Shown: positions 29,934 to 40,800, counted from the first letter of the stretch. The stretch is DNA of 64,000 nt from Vulcanimicrobiota bacterium (GCA_964658225.1 CAZZYH010000003.1:491-64490), one strand, 5' to 3'. A program made the numbers and translations. Notes: generated by a model from the letters alone, not told the origin.

Positions 29934-30089
29934 ATGGCAAACACAAAGAAGATAGAAAGCACCGAAGAGCGCAAGGCGATCAAGCGCGCGGCGCGCAAAA
30001 AAGCAGCGCCGAAGGGGCCCCGTACCGGACCACGCGGCGAAGCCAAGCAGAAGGTCAAGAAGGCAGCACGCGGCGCAAGCAAGCGCTAA
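29934..30089 (+). CDS. Possible small, highly basic protein of 51 aa (below the ORF-track length cutoff)
   Basis: My translation: MANTKKIESTEERKAIKRAARKKAAPKGPRTGPRGEAKQKVKKAARGASKR. About 70% of codons end in G/C. A 9-bp hairpin lies 28 nt downstream. No strong Shine-Dalgarno. Confidence 0.35.
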   Translation: MANTKKIESTEERKAIKRAARKKAAPKGPRTGPRGEAKQKVKKAARGASKR

Positions 30090-30245
30090 GCAACACCGCC
30101 CTGCGTCCTCGATCATGGTCTGCTCACCGAGCAGACCGGATAGGCCAGGGCGTTCGTGTCTTCCAAGCTCTCGCCTGCCTCCTGTCTTCCGATCCAGGCA
30201 TACTGTGGTACTTTTCTCCACACATCTGTTTGAGGAGCCGACACC

Positions 30246-31790
30246 CTGCCGAGTCAACTCTTCGCCAAGAAGTCAATTGACAAGCTGATCGCGCAATCTT
30301 GTGAGCCCGAGCATGCGCTAAGGAAAACTCTGGGGCCGGTCTCGCTCACCGCGCTCGGCATCGGCGCCGTGATCGGCTCCGGCATCTTTACCGTGATCGG
30401 CACGGCGATCGCGGGCGAAAAGTTCGATACCTCTTCGGTCCTGAACACACCCGTTGCCGACTACCTGGTCCACCACACCGCGCTGCAGGGGCGACCCGGC
30501 GCTGGACCCGCGCTCGCCCTTTCGCTCATTCTGGTAGCGGTCGTGTGCGCCTTCACCGGGCTTTGCTATGCCGAGCTCGCCTCCATGATTCCGATTGCGG
30601 GCTCTGCCTACACCTACACCTATGCGACGATGGGCGAATTGGTGGCCTGGATCATCGGCTGGGACCTGATCCTCGAATACGCGTTCTCGAACATGGCCGT
30701 CTCGGTCGGCTTCGCCGCGCACACGGTTGACCTGCTTGACTTTCTCGGCGTCCACCCATCGCTGCGCTGGATCTCGCCCGCCTACCTGCCTTCCGGCCTG
30801 ACCGATCTTGCCGGCCACCCGCTCTACGCTTCCGGATGGCACTTCGGCTTTAACGTCCCGGCGTTTCTTATCGTCATGCTGCTGACCGTGGTGCTCGTGC
30901 GCGGGATACGCGAGTCGGCCAAGACCAACAACATCATGGTGCTGCTCAAGATAGCTGCCATCCTCGTGTTTGTCTTCGCGGCGTCGAGTTACGTGCACCC
31001 ATCGAACTGGCACCCCTTTGTGCCCAACGGCTGGTCTGGCGTGCTCACCGGCGGCTCAATTATCTTCTTCACCTACATCGGTTTTGACTCTGTCTCGACA
31101 GCGGCCGAGGAGTGCAAGAATCCACAACGGGATGTGCCGATCGGCATCATCGCGACACTGGTCGTCTGCACCGTGCTCTATATCGGCGTTGCGGTTGTAC
31201 TGACCGGGCTGGTCAAGTGGGACACGCTGATCGACGATGCGGCTCCGGTCGTGAACACGCTGAAGAAGCTGACCCTTGCGGCTGGGGGACATCGGCTCCA
31301 ATGGGTACGCCTGATCGTGCTGATCGGAGCGCTGCTGGGCATGATCTCCTCCATCCTGGTTTTTCAGATCGGCCAGGCCCGGGTTTGGTTTGCCATGTCC
31401 CGGGACCGTCTGCTGCCGGAGGTCTTCTCGAGAATCCATCCTCGATTTCGCACGCCCGTCGTTTCCACCTGGGTCGCAGGCATCATCGTGGGGCTGCCTG
31501 CAGGGCTGCTCGATATTGGAACCTTTTCCGACTTATCGAATATTGGGACGCTCTTTGCCTTTGTTCTCGTTTCAGTCGGCGTGTTGATCCTCCGTTATAA
31601 GGACCCTCTGCGCCATCGCAGCTTCCGCTGCCCGGGCGGCCCCGTGCTGCCGGTGCTGAGCGTGATCTTCTGCGTGCTGCTGATGGCCGGCCTGCCGATC
31701 ATGACCTGGCTACGCTTCTTTGTCTGGCTGGGAATCGGGCTGGTGATCTACTTTCTCTACAGCCGCAGGCGCAGCGAGTTTGCGCGTTAG
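30246..31790 (+). CDS. APC superfamily amino acid permease (cationic amino acid transporter-like)
   Basis: GIGAVIGSGIFTVIG and about 12 predicted TM segments. The conserved N-terminus LFAKKSIDKLIAQ...LRKTLGPVSLTALGIGA lies upstream of the first GTG (30369). The proposed CTG start at 30246 sits 8 nt after GAGGAG. Gene confidence is high; start confidence is moderate. Confidence 0.8.
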   Translation: MPSQLFAKKSIDKLIAQSCEPEHALRKTLGPVSLTALGIGAVIGSGIFTVIGTAIAGEKFDTSSVLNTPVADYLVHHTALQGRPGAGPALALSLILVAVVCAFTGLCYAELASMIPIAGSAYTYTYATMGELVAWIIGWDLILEYAFSNMAVSVGFAAHTVDLLDFLGVHPSLRWISPAYLPSGLTDLAGHPLYASGWHFGFNVPAFLIVMLLTVVLVRGIRESAKTNNIMVLLKIAAILVFVFAASSYVHPSNWHPFVPNGWSGVLTGGSIIFFTYIGFDSVSTAAEECKNPQRDVPIGIIATLVVCTVLYIGVAVVLTGLVKWDTLIDDAAPVVNTLKKLTLAAGGHRLQWVRLIVLIGALLGMISSILVFQIGQARVWFAMSRDRLLPEVFSRIHPRFRTPVVSTWVAGIIVGLPAGLLDIGTFSDLSNIGTLFAFVLVSVGVLILRYKDPLRHRSFRCPGGPVLPVLSVIFCVLLMAGLPIMTWLRFFVWLGIGLVIYFLYSRRRSEFAR

Positions 31791-31834
31791 ACGCGCCCTC
31801 TCACTCTTTCTACTTTTTTTCCAGGAGACCCCAC

Positions 31835-33742
31835 GTGACCCTACGCAGCTGCCTCGCCTCGCTCACTTTACTTGTCTGTTCCATCAGCGCATTGGCCCGC
31901 GCGCAGGAGCAACCCCCGGCGCCTCCGGACGACCTGTATATCAAGGCGCATTACACCAAGTATGAGTACCGCATCCCGATGCGTGACGGCGCACATCTCT
32001 TTACAGCTGTCTATGTGCCCAAGCAGAGCGAGGCTCTAGCGCCGCATACCGCCTATCCATTCCTGATCGACCGTACGCCCTACAGTGTCGGGCCCTATGG
32101 CGAAGATCAGTACCCCAGGCATCTCGGTCCTTCGGACGAGTTTGAGAAAGCCGGCTACATCTTCGTCTACCAGGATGTGCGCGGCCGCTATCTTTCAGAA
32201 GGCACCTTCGTCGAGATGCATCCGCACATCGATGAAAAGAAGTCCTCCAGGGACGTCGATGACAGCTCGGACATGTATGACACGCTTGAATTCCTGCTCA
32301 AGCATGTAGCCGACAACAACGGCAAGGCAGGGATCTGGGGAATCTCCTACCCCGGCTTTTATACCTCGGCCAGCATGATCGATTCGCACCCGGCGCTCAA
32401 GGCTGCCTCGCCGCAGGCCCCGATGACCAACCTGTTTATGGGCGATGACGGCTACCACGGCGGCGCATTCATGTTGGCGGCTAACTTCGGCTTTTATGCG
32501 AACTTCCTGCCGCTGGACCACCCGCAAACGCCGCCCCAGACCATCCCCTTCGACATGGGTACTCCGGACGGTTACGAGTTCTATCTCCATGCCACACCCA
32601 CAGCTCTGCTCGATACGAAATACCTGCAGGGCAAAAACTTTCTGCTGGCTGATCAGCTCTATCACACGACCTTTGATCGTTACTGGCAGGCACGTGACCT
32701 GTCGCTGCACATGCGCAATATCCGCTGCGCGGTGATGACAGTGGGCGGCTGGTACGACGCGGAAGACTTATCCGGACCCATGCGTACTTACTACTCTGTT
32801 GAGAAAAATAACCCCGGGATCGCGAACACGATCGTAGAAGGCCCGTGGGTGCATGGCGGCTGGGCACGCAACGATGGCGATCACCTGGGCGAGGTGCAGT
32901 TCCATGCGAAGACCGCAGAGTTCTTTCGCAGGAACATCCAGTTTCCCTTCTTCGAGTATTACCTCAAGGGCAAGGGCGCGCCCCTGCCCGAGGCCTACAT
33001 GTTCGAGACCGGCACCAACGTATGGCGGCAGTACACCGAATGGCCGCCCGCGGCAGCGACGGCAAAGATGCTTTACCTGCACGCCGGCGGAAAACTGTCC
33101 TTTGACCCACCTGCTGCCAGCGAGGGGGCGGATACCTATGTAAGCGACCCCGCACACCCCGTACCTTTTGTAGGTTATGTAACGGACACGGTTCCACAAC
33201 GGTACATGGTCGACGACCAGCGCTTCGCATCCAAGCGCGCCGACGTGGTGACTTACCAGACCCCTCCGCTTGACGAAGATCTAACCATCGCCGGGCCGAT
33301 TTCTCCCAGGCTTCATGTAACCAGCACCGGCACAGATTCGGACTTTGTTGTGAAGCTCATCGACGTCTACCCCGCCGATGCCCCCGATCCGGATGCCTCG
33401 ACCGGGGGCAAGCGAGTCATCGACTTGCCTGCCATCCGCATGGGCGGCTACCAGCAACTGGTTCGGGGCGAGCCGATGCGTGCTAAGTTCCGCGAGAGCT
33501 GGGAGAAGCCCACGCCGCTGACTCCTGGCAAGGTCACCGCGCTCGACTTTACCATGCCCGACCTGCTGCATACCTTTCGCAGGGGGCACCGCATCATGGT
33601 GCAGGTGCAGAGTTCATGGTTCCCGTTGACGGATCGGAATCCGCAAACGTTCACCGATATTCCGCATGCCCGGCCGGAAGAGTTCAGCAAGGCAACCGAG
33701 GCGATTTACCACGAACAGGGGCCGCGTCGGGAGTCGAGTTGA
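31835..33742 (+). CDS. CocE/NonD family hydrolase / Xaa-Pro dipeptidyl-peptidase (peptidase S15), secreted
   Basis: Signal peptide. PFLIDRTPY, YIFVYQDVRGRY, the nucleophile motif GISYPGFY (GxSYxG), and a C-terminal jelly-roll domain. GTG start. Confidence 0.8.
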   Translation: MTLRSCLASLTLLVCSISALARAQEQPPAPPDDLYIKAHYTKYEYRIPMRDGAHLFTAVYVPKQSEALAPHTAYPFLIDRTPYSVGPYGEDQYPRHLGPSDEFEKAGYIFVYQDVRGRYLSEGTFVEMHPHIDEKKSSRDVDDSSDMYDTLEFLLKHVADNNGKAGIWGISYPGFYTSASMIDSHPALKAASPQAPMTNLFMGDDGYHGGAFMLAANFGFYANFLPLDHPQTPPQTIPFDMGTPDGYEFYLHATPTALLDTKYLQGKNFLLADQLYHTTFDRYWQARDLSLHMRNIRCAVMTVGGWYDAEDLSGPMRTYYSVEKNNPGIANTIVEGPWVHGGWARNDGDHLGEVQFHAKTAEFFRRNIQFPFFEYYLKGKGAPLPEAYMFETGTNVWRQYTEWPPAAATAKMLYLHAGGKLSFDPPAASEGADTYVSDPAHPVPFVGYVTDTVPQRYMVDDQRFASKRADVVTYQTPPLDEDLTIAGPISPRLHVTSTGTDSDFVVKLIDVYPADAPDPDASTGGKRVIDLPAIRMGGYQQLVRGEPMRAKFRESWEKPTPLTPGKVTALDFTMPDLLHTFRRGHRIMVQVQSSWFPLTDRNPQTFTDIPHARPEEFSKATEAIYHEQGPRRESS

Positions 33743-33899
33743 TGGTGCTGCCGCAGCCTTGATGGCAAAGCAGAAACGCACGCGTTCGAACACCCCGGGT
33801 GCGGCGCGGGCGTCGGGCAAGTTGCGCTGCAGGCGCATCAATCCGCCTGCACCTGCATCGAATAGAATGCCAGTCCAGACACTCGAGGAGTCCAAGTTC

Positions 33900-34949
33900 A
33901 TGCCCCAGGCTTACGGCTATGCAGCACACGATGCAAAGACCCCTCTCGCGCCTTATTCCTTCACCCGGCGCGAGCCCAAAGAGCACGATGTCGTCGTCGA
34001 CATCGAGTACTGTGGCGTCTGCCACTCTGACATCCACCAGGCGCGCAACGAGTGGAAGAACGCGACCTATCCGATGGTGCCTGGCCACGAGATTGTAGGC
34101 AAGGTGTCGGCCGTGGGAAGCGCGGTTACCAAGTTCAAGGTAGGAGACGCGGCGGCGGTCGGGGTAATTGTCGACAGCTGCAGGGTCTGCGAGAACTGCA
34201 AGGATGGCGAGGAGCAGTACTGCGTCAAGGGAGCCGTCGAAACGTACAACGGGAAGCAGTATGACGGCGAGCCTACCTTCGGTGGCTACTCGAACGTGAT
34301 CGTGACCGAGGAGCGTTTTGTTCACACGATCTCACCCAAGCTTGATCCGGCCGGTGTAGCGCCGCTGCTCTGCGCGGGCATCACGACCTACTCCCCGCTC
34401 CGCCACTGGGGCGTCAAGGCCGGGCAGAAGGTCGGGGTAGTTGGCCTCGGCGGCCTGGGCCACATGGGATTGAAGTTCGCTCATTCCTTTGGCGCCCATG
34501 TCGTTCAGTTCACAACGTCACTGGCCAAGGCAGACGATGCCAAGCGGCTCGGCGCAGACGAGGTTGTGCTGTCCAAGGATCAGGCGCAGATGGCCGCGCA
34601 CAAGGGTACTTTTGATTTCATTCTGGATACCGTTTCGGCGCCCCATGATATGAATGCATACCTTGGCCTGCTCAAGCGCAACGGCGTGCTCTGCCTGGTC
34701 GGCATTCCGGAGGAGCCTGTATCGATTCAGCCATTCAGCGTCATCGGAAACCGGCGTTCGTTGGCTGGATCCGGGATTGGCGGCATGCGGGAAACGCAGG
34801 AGATGCTCGACTACTGTGCCGAGCATGCCATCGTTTCCGATGTAGAAGTCATTGCTATCGACACGATCAATGAGGCTTTTGAGCGGGTCATCAAATCCGA
34901 TGTGAAATATCGGTTTGTCATCGATATGAAGACGCTGAAGAAAGGGTAG
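33900..34949 (+). CDS. Zinc-dependent NAD(P)-alcohol dehydrogenase (YahK / cinnamyl-alcohol dehydrogenase type)
   Basis: Motifs: CGVCHSDIH, PGHEIVG, structural-zinc CxxCxxCxxxxxxxC (CRVCENCKDGEEQYC), GLGGLGH. The ATG at 33900 lies 9 nt after GAGGAG. The upstream 78 codons of the ORF are not homologous-looking. Confidence 0.9.
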   Translation: MPQAYGYAAHDAKTPLAPYSFTRREPKEHDVVVDIEYCGVCHSDIHQARNEWKNATYPMVPGHEIVGKVSAVGSAVTKFKVGDAAAVGVIVDSCRVCENCKDGEEQYCVKGAVETYNGKQYDGEPTFGGYSNVIVTEERFVHTISPKLDPAGVAPLLCAGITTYSPLRHWGVKAGQKVGVVGLGGLGHMGLKFAHSFGAHVVQFTTSLAKADDAKRLGADEVVLSKDQAQMAAHKGTFDFILDTVSAPHDMNAYLGLLKRNGVLCLVGIPEEPVSIQPFSVIGNRRSLAGSGIGGMRETQEMLDYCAEHAIVSDVEVIAIDTINEAFERVIKSDVKYRFVIDMKTLKKG

Positions 34950-35084
34950 GCGTCTTCAAGACAGGTCTCGCGAAACACAGGTGTCATCCGGGGCATAGCG
35001 TGCAGGATCATGGAACACTGGCATCGCTCAGGATGACACTTCTGTGGAGCACCGCGACTCAGTTCGTTGGAATAGTACGTCTAT

Positions 35085-35960
35085 TCAAAGCGACAGGGTT
35101 TTGAGGTACTCGCGGAAGTCCGAGCCTAACTTTTCGTGGCGCAGTCCGAACTCTACCGTGGCCTGCAGCATACCCAGCTTGTCACCTGCGTCGTAGCGAA
35201 CTCCTTCAAAGTTGAAACCGAAGACCTTCTCGCTTTTCATCAGCCCCTTGATGCCGTCGGTCAGTTGGATCTCCCCGCCTGCGCCGAGTTCTGTCTTTTC
35301 AAGCTCGGCAAAGATGGCCGGCGTCAGGATATACCGCCCGATTATTGCGTTCTTTGAAGGCGCATCTTCAAGCTTCGGCTTCTCGACCATGCCGCTTACC
35401 TCAAAGAGCCGCGGCTTGCCCGGCACCTCGCTTCCTGCGAGCACTCCGTAGGCCGAGATCGCCGGGCCCTCCACAACCTGGGAGGCGATGATCGAAGCCT
35501 GCGCATCGTCAAACGCGTCGATCATCTGCTGGAGGCATGGCACCTTGCCCCAGATCACGTCATCGGGGAGCAGTACGGCGAATGGCTCGTCGCCGACCAG
35601 GTCTTTTGCCATCAGCACGGCATGGCCCAGGCCACGGGCCTCACGTTGACGCACGTATGCCAGGTGCGTCATCTCGGCGACCGCACGCGTCAACTCCAGC
35701 AGCTCAGCCTTACCCTTTTTCTCCAGACTCGCTTCCAGCTCGAAGCTGGTATCAAAGTGATCTTCGATCGCACTCTTGCCGCGGGCCGTCACGATGATGA
35801 TCTCTTCAATGCCGGCCGCGAGCGCCTCTTCTACCCCGTACTGGATGATCGGTTTGTCGACAAGCGAAAGCATCTCTTTCGGGATCGCCTTTGTTGCCGG
35901 CAAAAAACGAGTGCCGAGCCCTGCTGCGGGGAAGACTGCCTTGCGCACCTTGTTTTTCAT
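35085..35960 (-). CDS. galU: UTP--glucose-1-phosphate uridylyltransferase
   Basis: KAVFPAAGLGTRFLPATKAIPKEML, the VEKP motif (MVEKPK), and a length of 291 aa. Confidence 0.95.
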   Translation of the reverse strand: MKNKVRKAVFPAAGLGTRFLPATKAIPKEMLSLVDKPIIQYGVEEALAAGIEEIIIVTARGKSAIEDHFDTSFELEASLEKKGKAELLELTRAVAEMTHLAYVRQREARGLGHAVLMAKDLVGDEPFAVLLPDDVIWGKVPCLQQMIDAFDDAQASIIASQVVEGPAISAYGVLAGSEVPGKPRLFEVSGMVEKPKLEDAPSKNAIIGRYILTPAIFAELEKTELGAGGEIQLTDGIKGLMKSEKVFGFNFEGVRYDAGDKLGMLQATVEFGLRHEKLGSDFREYLKTLSL

Positions 35961-36020
35961 CCGCCTGCCTACTCCCTTTCCAAACCTATCTGTCCGTTTG
36001 CCTGTTGTAGAAGTGTCTTC

Positions 36021-37766
36021 CTAGAGGGTGGGCGAATCATCTCCAAGCAGCGCCTTCCGTACAATCTTGATCGGCGCCCCGCCCTGTTTCATGAAGTCAT
36101 CGTGAAATTGCTCAAGAGAGAAGGCCGCGCCCTGTTTCTGTTCGAGATCAGCGCGCAGCTTCATGATCTCAAGTTTGCCGAGCGTGTAGTAGAGGTAAGT
36201 CGCGTCCGAAGTTCCGCGCTTGGTCTCCACCTCGCCTACCGAGCGCGACTGGTAGCCTTCCGTCACAAAGAAATCGACCGCCTGGTCAAAGGTCATCTGC
36301 CCGGTGTGCATCTGGATGCCGACCACGAAACGCGCGTCGCGCAGCAGGGCGTCCTGCAGTTGGCCCAGCCGGATCAAGTTTGCCTCCCGCATGTCTTTGG
36401 CGCCCGCACCCGGCTGCCCATACCCCTGGTCCAGCATCATCTGCTCGCAGTAGTGCGCCCAGCCTTCAATGTTCGAGCTCGCCCCGACGATCTTGCGCAC
36501 CTTGCTGAGATTCGTATGATTGACCCAAAGAAACTGCACGTAGTGGCCGGGATAGGCCTCGTGCACAGAAGTGCTGATGATGGTGCCTACGTTGAAGGCC
36601 GCCATGTGCTCGGCGATGTGGGCCGCGGTCCAGTTCTTTTCAGGCAGCGTGACGTTGAAGTAGGCCGTCTTTGAGTTGATCTCGAACGGCCCGGGCGGGT
36701 CCATGGAAGCCTGGGTGGTGGCGCGCATAAAGGGCGGCGTTTCTTCGAGCACAGGCCGCACATCGGAGGGGATCGTGATGATCTTTTTCTCGCGGATGAA
36801 ATGGATCAGTCCGTCAAAACTGCCTTGGAAGCTTTGCAGCAGTTGATCGGGCGGAGGGTGGATGGTGGCCAGCTCGGCCAAGACTTCTTTTGGATCCTTC
36901 AATGGATCAACTTCTTTCGCTACGCGGGTGAACTCGGCCTGATTTTTGTGCAGATCCGCGAAGGCGATCGCCAGCAGTTTGTCGAGCGGCGTATCGACCA
37001 TTTCCTCATAGGCCAGCTTCTTTGCAAAGGTATCCGCGCCAAAGCGAAAGTCGCCGTTCGAGCGCGGCAGCAGGTCGGTCTGCAGCCATTTGCCATACTC
37101 GCCGAGCGACGCGATGACCGCGGCATTGGTCTTTCGAAACTCCGCCTGCAGAGCCGGGTCTTTAGCGTCGGTGAATGCGGCGGGCACATCGTTCTGAAAG
37201 AAACTGATCAGCCCGGGCATCTGTTCGATGGCAATCTCGGTGTAGATTTTGGGAGGATTCTTGAGGTTTTCGCGCGCCGCAGTAAATACGCCGGGCATCT
37301 GCTTTTCACGCGAGATGAGCGAGCGCAATCGATCATCGGCGGGAGCGAACTTGCGCTCCATGAGCACAAATGCGCTGCCCGTGATGCCGCTCGAATAGTT
37401 ATCCGGATTCTTCTCCCACATGCGCACCGTTTCCAGCGAAAGCAGTTGCGCGCGCAGGCTGTTCTGCATCATGGCCAGGTCGCCCTGCGTGCTTTCGTCG
37501 AGGCCGGCTGGCGAGACGGCCTCAAACTTCTTTAGGAAGTAGTGCAGGCCCCGAATTTCTTTATCGAGGTTGGCTCGACTGTAGTCTTCCAGCTTCGCGT
37601 CGTAGGTGTGGATGCCGAGAGCAGTGGCGAAGGAAGGTTGATAGGGCAGCGCCGCGTTGAAGTACTGATCCACCAGCGCGGGAAAGTCCTGCGCGGCGTG
37701 CAGCAGCTGCGGCGTGCCGAGCGCAGCCCCAAGGACGAGAGCAAAGATAGGGAACCGGTGCCTCAC
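36021..37766 (-). CDS. DUF885 family secreted protein (metallopeptidase-like)
   Basis: Signal peptide MRHRFPIFALVLGAALG and the characteristic VHEAYPGHYVQF motif. The length and pattern match DUF885 as I recall it. Confidence 0.75.
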   Translation of the reverse strand: MRHRFPIFALVLGAALGTPQLLHAAQDFPALVDQYFNAALPYQPSFATALGIHTYDAKLEDYSRANLDKEIRGLHYFLKKFEAVSPAGLDESTQGDLAMMQNSLRAQLLSLETVRMWEKNPDNYSSGITGSAFVLMERKFAPADDRLRSLISREKQMPGVFTAARENLKNPPKIYTEIAIEQMPGLISFFQNDVPAAFTDAKDPALQAEFRKTNAAVIASLGEYGKWLQTDLLPRSNGDFRFGADTFAKKLAYEEMVDTPLDKLLAIAFADLHKNQAEFTRVAKEVDPLKDPKEVLAELATIHPPPDQLLQSFQGSFDGLIHFIREKKIITIPSDVRPVLEETPPFMRATTQASMDPPGPFEINSKTAYFNVTLPEKNWTAAHIAEHMAAFNVGTIISTSVHEAYPGHYVQFLWVNHTNLSKVRKIVGASSNIEGWAHYCEQMMLDQGYGQPGAGAKDMREANLIRLGQLQDALLRDARFVVGIQMHTGQMTFDQAVDFFVTEGYQSRSVGEVETKRGTSDATYLYYTLGKLEIMKLRADLEQKQGAAFSLEQFHDDFMKQGGAPIKIVRKALLGDDSPTL

Positions 37767-37810
37767 AGACTCACCTCGATCATGCCTAGTTCTGCCATTC
37801 TAGCCTCTGC

Positions 37811-40800
37811 TCATGCACTCACGCGCTCCTTCATTGCCAGCTCATCGAGCAGCAGACGTATCTCGATCAGCATATCCTCCGGCGCCGCCGAGGCGAGCGG
37901 GAAACGCAGCACGCCCTGGGGCGTAAACTGTGCGCCCTTCTTGGCATGCTGGGCGACCAGACGCATCAGGTGGCCGGGATCAATGGCGGCCTCCGGTGCA
38001 AAGCGCAGGTGCACCTGATCGCGCTTGCGGTCCACCTGCGAGATGCCTAATCGCTCGCACTCCGCCCGTAGCGCGGCAGCCTCAAGCAGGTGCGCGACGC
38101 CGTCAGGCAGCGGGCCATAGCGGTCGGTCAGCTCGTTGCGTACATCGTTCACAGAGCTTTCGCTGGCAGCGGCCGCGATGCGCTTGTAGATGCGGAGCCG
38201 CTGGTTTTCTTCCGGGATGTAGCTCTCGTCGATGCGCAGCGTGATGCCGAGGTTGAGCTGCGTGACCGGTTGCTCGGTGACGTGCTCGCCCTTCATGCGG
38301 CTCACCGCTTCCTCCAGCATGCCGGAGTACATCTCGAAGCCAACCGCCTCGATGTGCCCGCTCTGCTGGCCGCCCAGCATGTTCCCGGCGCCGCGCAGCT
38401 CGAGGTCCAGTGCCGCAATCTTGAAGCCCGCCCCGAGATCAGAAAACTCCTTCAACGCGGCCAGCCGGCGGCGCGCGACCTCGGTCAACTCCTGCTCAGG
38501 CGGGATGAGCAGGTAGGAGTAGGACCGGCGATTGGAGCGGCCCACCCGCCCCCGGAGCTGGTACAGCTCGGAGAGCCCGTGGCGGTCGGCCCGGTTGATG
38601 ATAATCGTGTTGGCCAGCGGAATGTCGAGGCCATTCTCGATGATCGTCGTTGCAACGAGCACATCCGCTTCGTGATTCATAAACGCGAACATGACCTTCT
38701 CGAGCTCGCCTTCGTTCATCTGTCCATGGCCGACAATTACGCGTGCAGCCGGCACAAGCTCGCGTATCTTTGCGGCTAACTCGTAGATCGACTCAACCCG
38801 GTTGTAGACAAAGTACGCCTGGCCGCCACGCTCGAGCTCCAGCTCGATTGCCGAGCGCACCAGCTTTTCGTCAAACTTGGCGACCACGGTCTGGATCGCC
38901 ATGCGGTCTTTCGGCGGGGTCTCGATCACGCTCATATCTCTCAGTCCGACCAGAGACATGTGCAGCGTGCGCGGAATCGGGGTAGCCGACATGGTCAGCA
39001 CGTCTAATTGTGCACGGATCTGTTTCAATCTCTCTTTGTGGCGGACGCCGAACCGCTGTTCTTCGTCAACGATCAGCAAACCAATGTCGTTGAATTTCAA
39101 ATCCTTCGAGAGTACCCGGTGCGTACCGATCAGGATGTCCACCCGGCCCTGCTCCACCTGTTCGAGGATCGCCTTCTGCTCCTTCGCGGTACGGAAGCGC
39201 GAGATCATCTCGATGTTGATCGGAAACTGACGAAAGCGCTTCTTGAAGGTCTCATAGTGCTGGAAGCTGAGCACGGTGGTCGGCGTGAGCACGGCCACCT
39301 GTTTGCCATCCTGCACCGCCTTAAAGGCCGCGCGCATCGCTACCTCGGTCTTGCCGTAGCCGACATCGCCGCAGAGCAGTCGATCCATCGGCAACTCGGA
39401 CTCCATGTCGCGCTTGATATCCGCAATGGCCGCGAGCTGGTCATCGGTCTCGGTGAAGTCAAACGCATCTTCGAAGGCGCGTTGAAATTCGTTGTCCGGC
39501 GAGAAGGCGTGGCCGCGCGCGGCCTTTCGCTGCGCATAGAGCTTGAGCAGCTCGTCGGTCATATCCTCCATGGCCTTTTTGACCTTGGCCTTGGTCTTGG
39601 CCCACTGCTGGGAGCCGAGCCGGTTGAGGATCGGCGCGGTGCCGCCCTCGCTCGATCGATACTTCTGAATCAGATCGAGCCGAGTCAGCGGCACATACAA
39701 ACGCGCCTGCTCCGCAAACTCGAGAATCATGAACTCGACATTGACCCCGTCCTGCTCGATCTCGCGCAAGCCCATGTACTTTGCGATCCCATGCTCGACG
39801 TGCACGACATAGTCGTTGACGGTAAGATCGCGAAAGTCGGAAACAAAGGCGGCTGTCTTCGATCGCTTCGCCGCGGGGCGCGCTGCGACATCGACATCGT
39901 CCGAGAAATCGTTCGCGCCGAAGATGACCAGCTTCGCTTCGCCGAGCGAAACGCCGTTGGCAATCTGCGCCCGCACGAGCACCGGCACCGGGCGCTCCCC
40001 GGCGCGCTGCTTGCGGTCCTGCTCGCCGATCTCGCCGGCGGCCGACTCCGACCGCCAGCCGACGCGATAAGGCATCTCGTACTCGCGCAGAAGGCCGGCC
40101 ATGCGCTCCAGTTCACCCGGGTTGGCCGCTACCAGGAGCATGCGCGTCTGCTGCTCGACAAGCACACGCAGTTGCTCGATCATCGCCGGAATCGAGCCGT
40201 GAAAACGCAGTGTCGGGCGCGACGCAAAAGCGATTTCGCCCAGCGTCGTATCGTCCTCGAGTACGTCGACGATGCCTAACTGGTCCAGGTCGAGACCCGG
40301 GTGGTTGCCCAGTTGCGCAAGCAAGACCTCGGGCTCGCGATAAATATCCGCCGGCTGGATCAGCGAGCCGATCCCGGCCCGGTCATGCCGCTGCTCGATC
40401 TTGGTCCACCAGCGCTCCACCTGGTTGCGCATCATCGCCGGTTCTTCCACAAACAGCACACAGCGGGGAAAAAGCCCGAGCAGCGTGGTCGAAGCCCCGG
40501 CCACGCCGGCGAACAACTCCCATCCTGGAAATACAGTGACGCCGCCCGCCGCAATCGAGTGCTCGAGCATCCGGTCCACCTCGTCGGCATCGTCCAGGTT
40601 CGAGCCGCTCAGCCGTGTATGCACAGCGGCCAGCAGCCGCTCGGTGACAGGCGTTTCGGTGAGCGGCAGCAGCACTGCTTCGTCCACAGGGTTGAGCGAG
40701 CGCTGCGAGTCAGGATCAAACCGGCGGATCGATTCCACCTCGTCGCCGAAGAATTCAAAGCGCACCGGCCGCTCGGCCTCCGGCGAGTAGACGTCGAGGA

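Noticed and set aside
29891-30280. 129-aa ORF (GTG start) between uvrD and the permease
   Set aside because: Its composition is off-frame-like (R/Q/T/S-rich). It would overlap the Shine-Dalgarno and the conserved N-terminus of the APC permease. The alternative 51-codon ORF in another frame is more gene-like.
33666-33899. 78-codon N-terminal extension of the alcohol dehydrogenase ORF
   Set aside because: The extension is Arg/Ala/Pro-rich and is not part of the YahK-type fold. A GAGGAG Shine-Dalgarno sits 9 nt before the ATG at 33900, where homology begins.
34981-35039. 9-bp inverted repeat GTGTCATCC...GGATGACAC separated by 41 nt, between the convergent ADH and galU genes
   Set aside because: It could contribute to 3'-end formation, but it has a long loop and no T-tract. 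The evidence is insufficient to call it a terminator or regulatory site.
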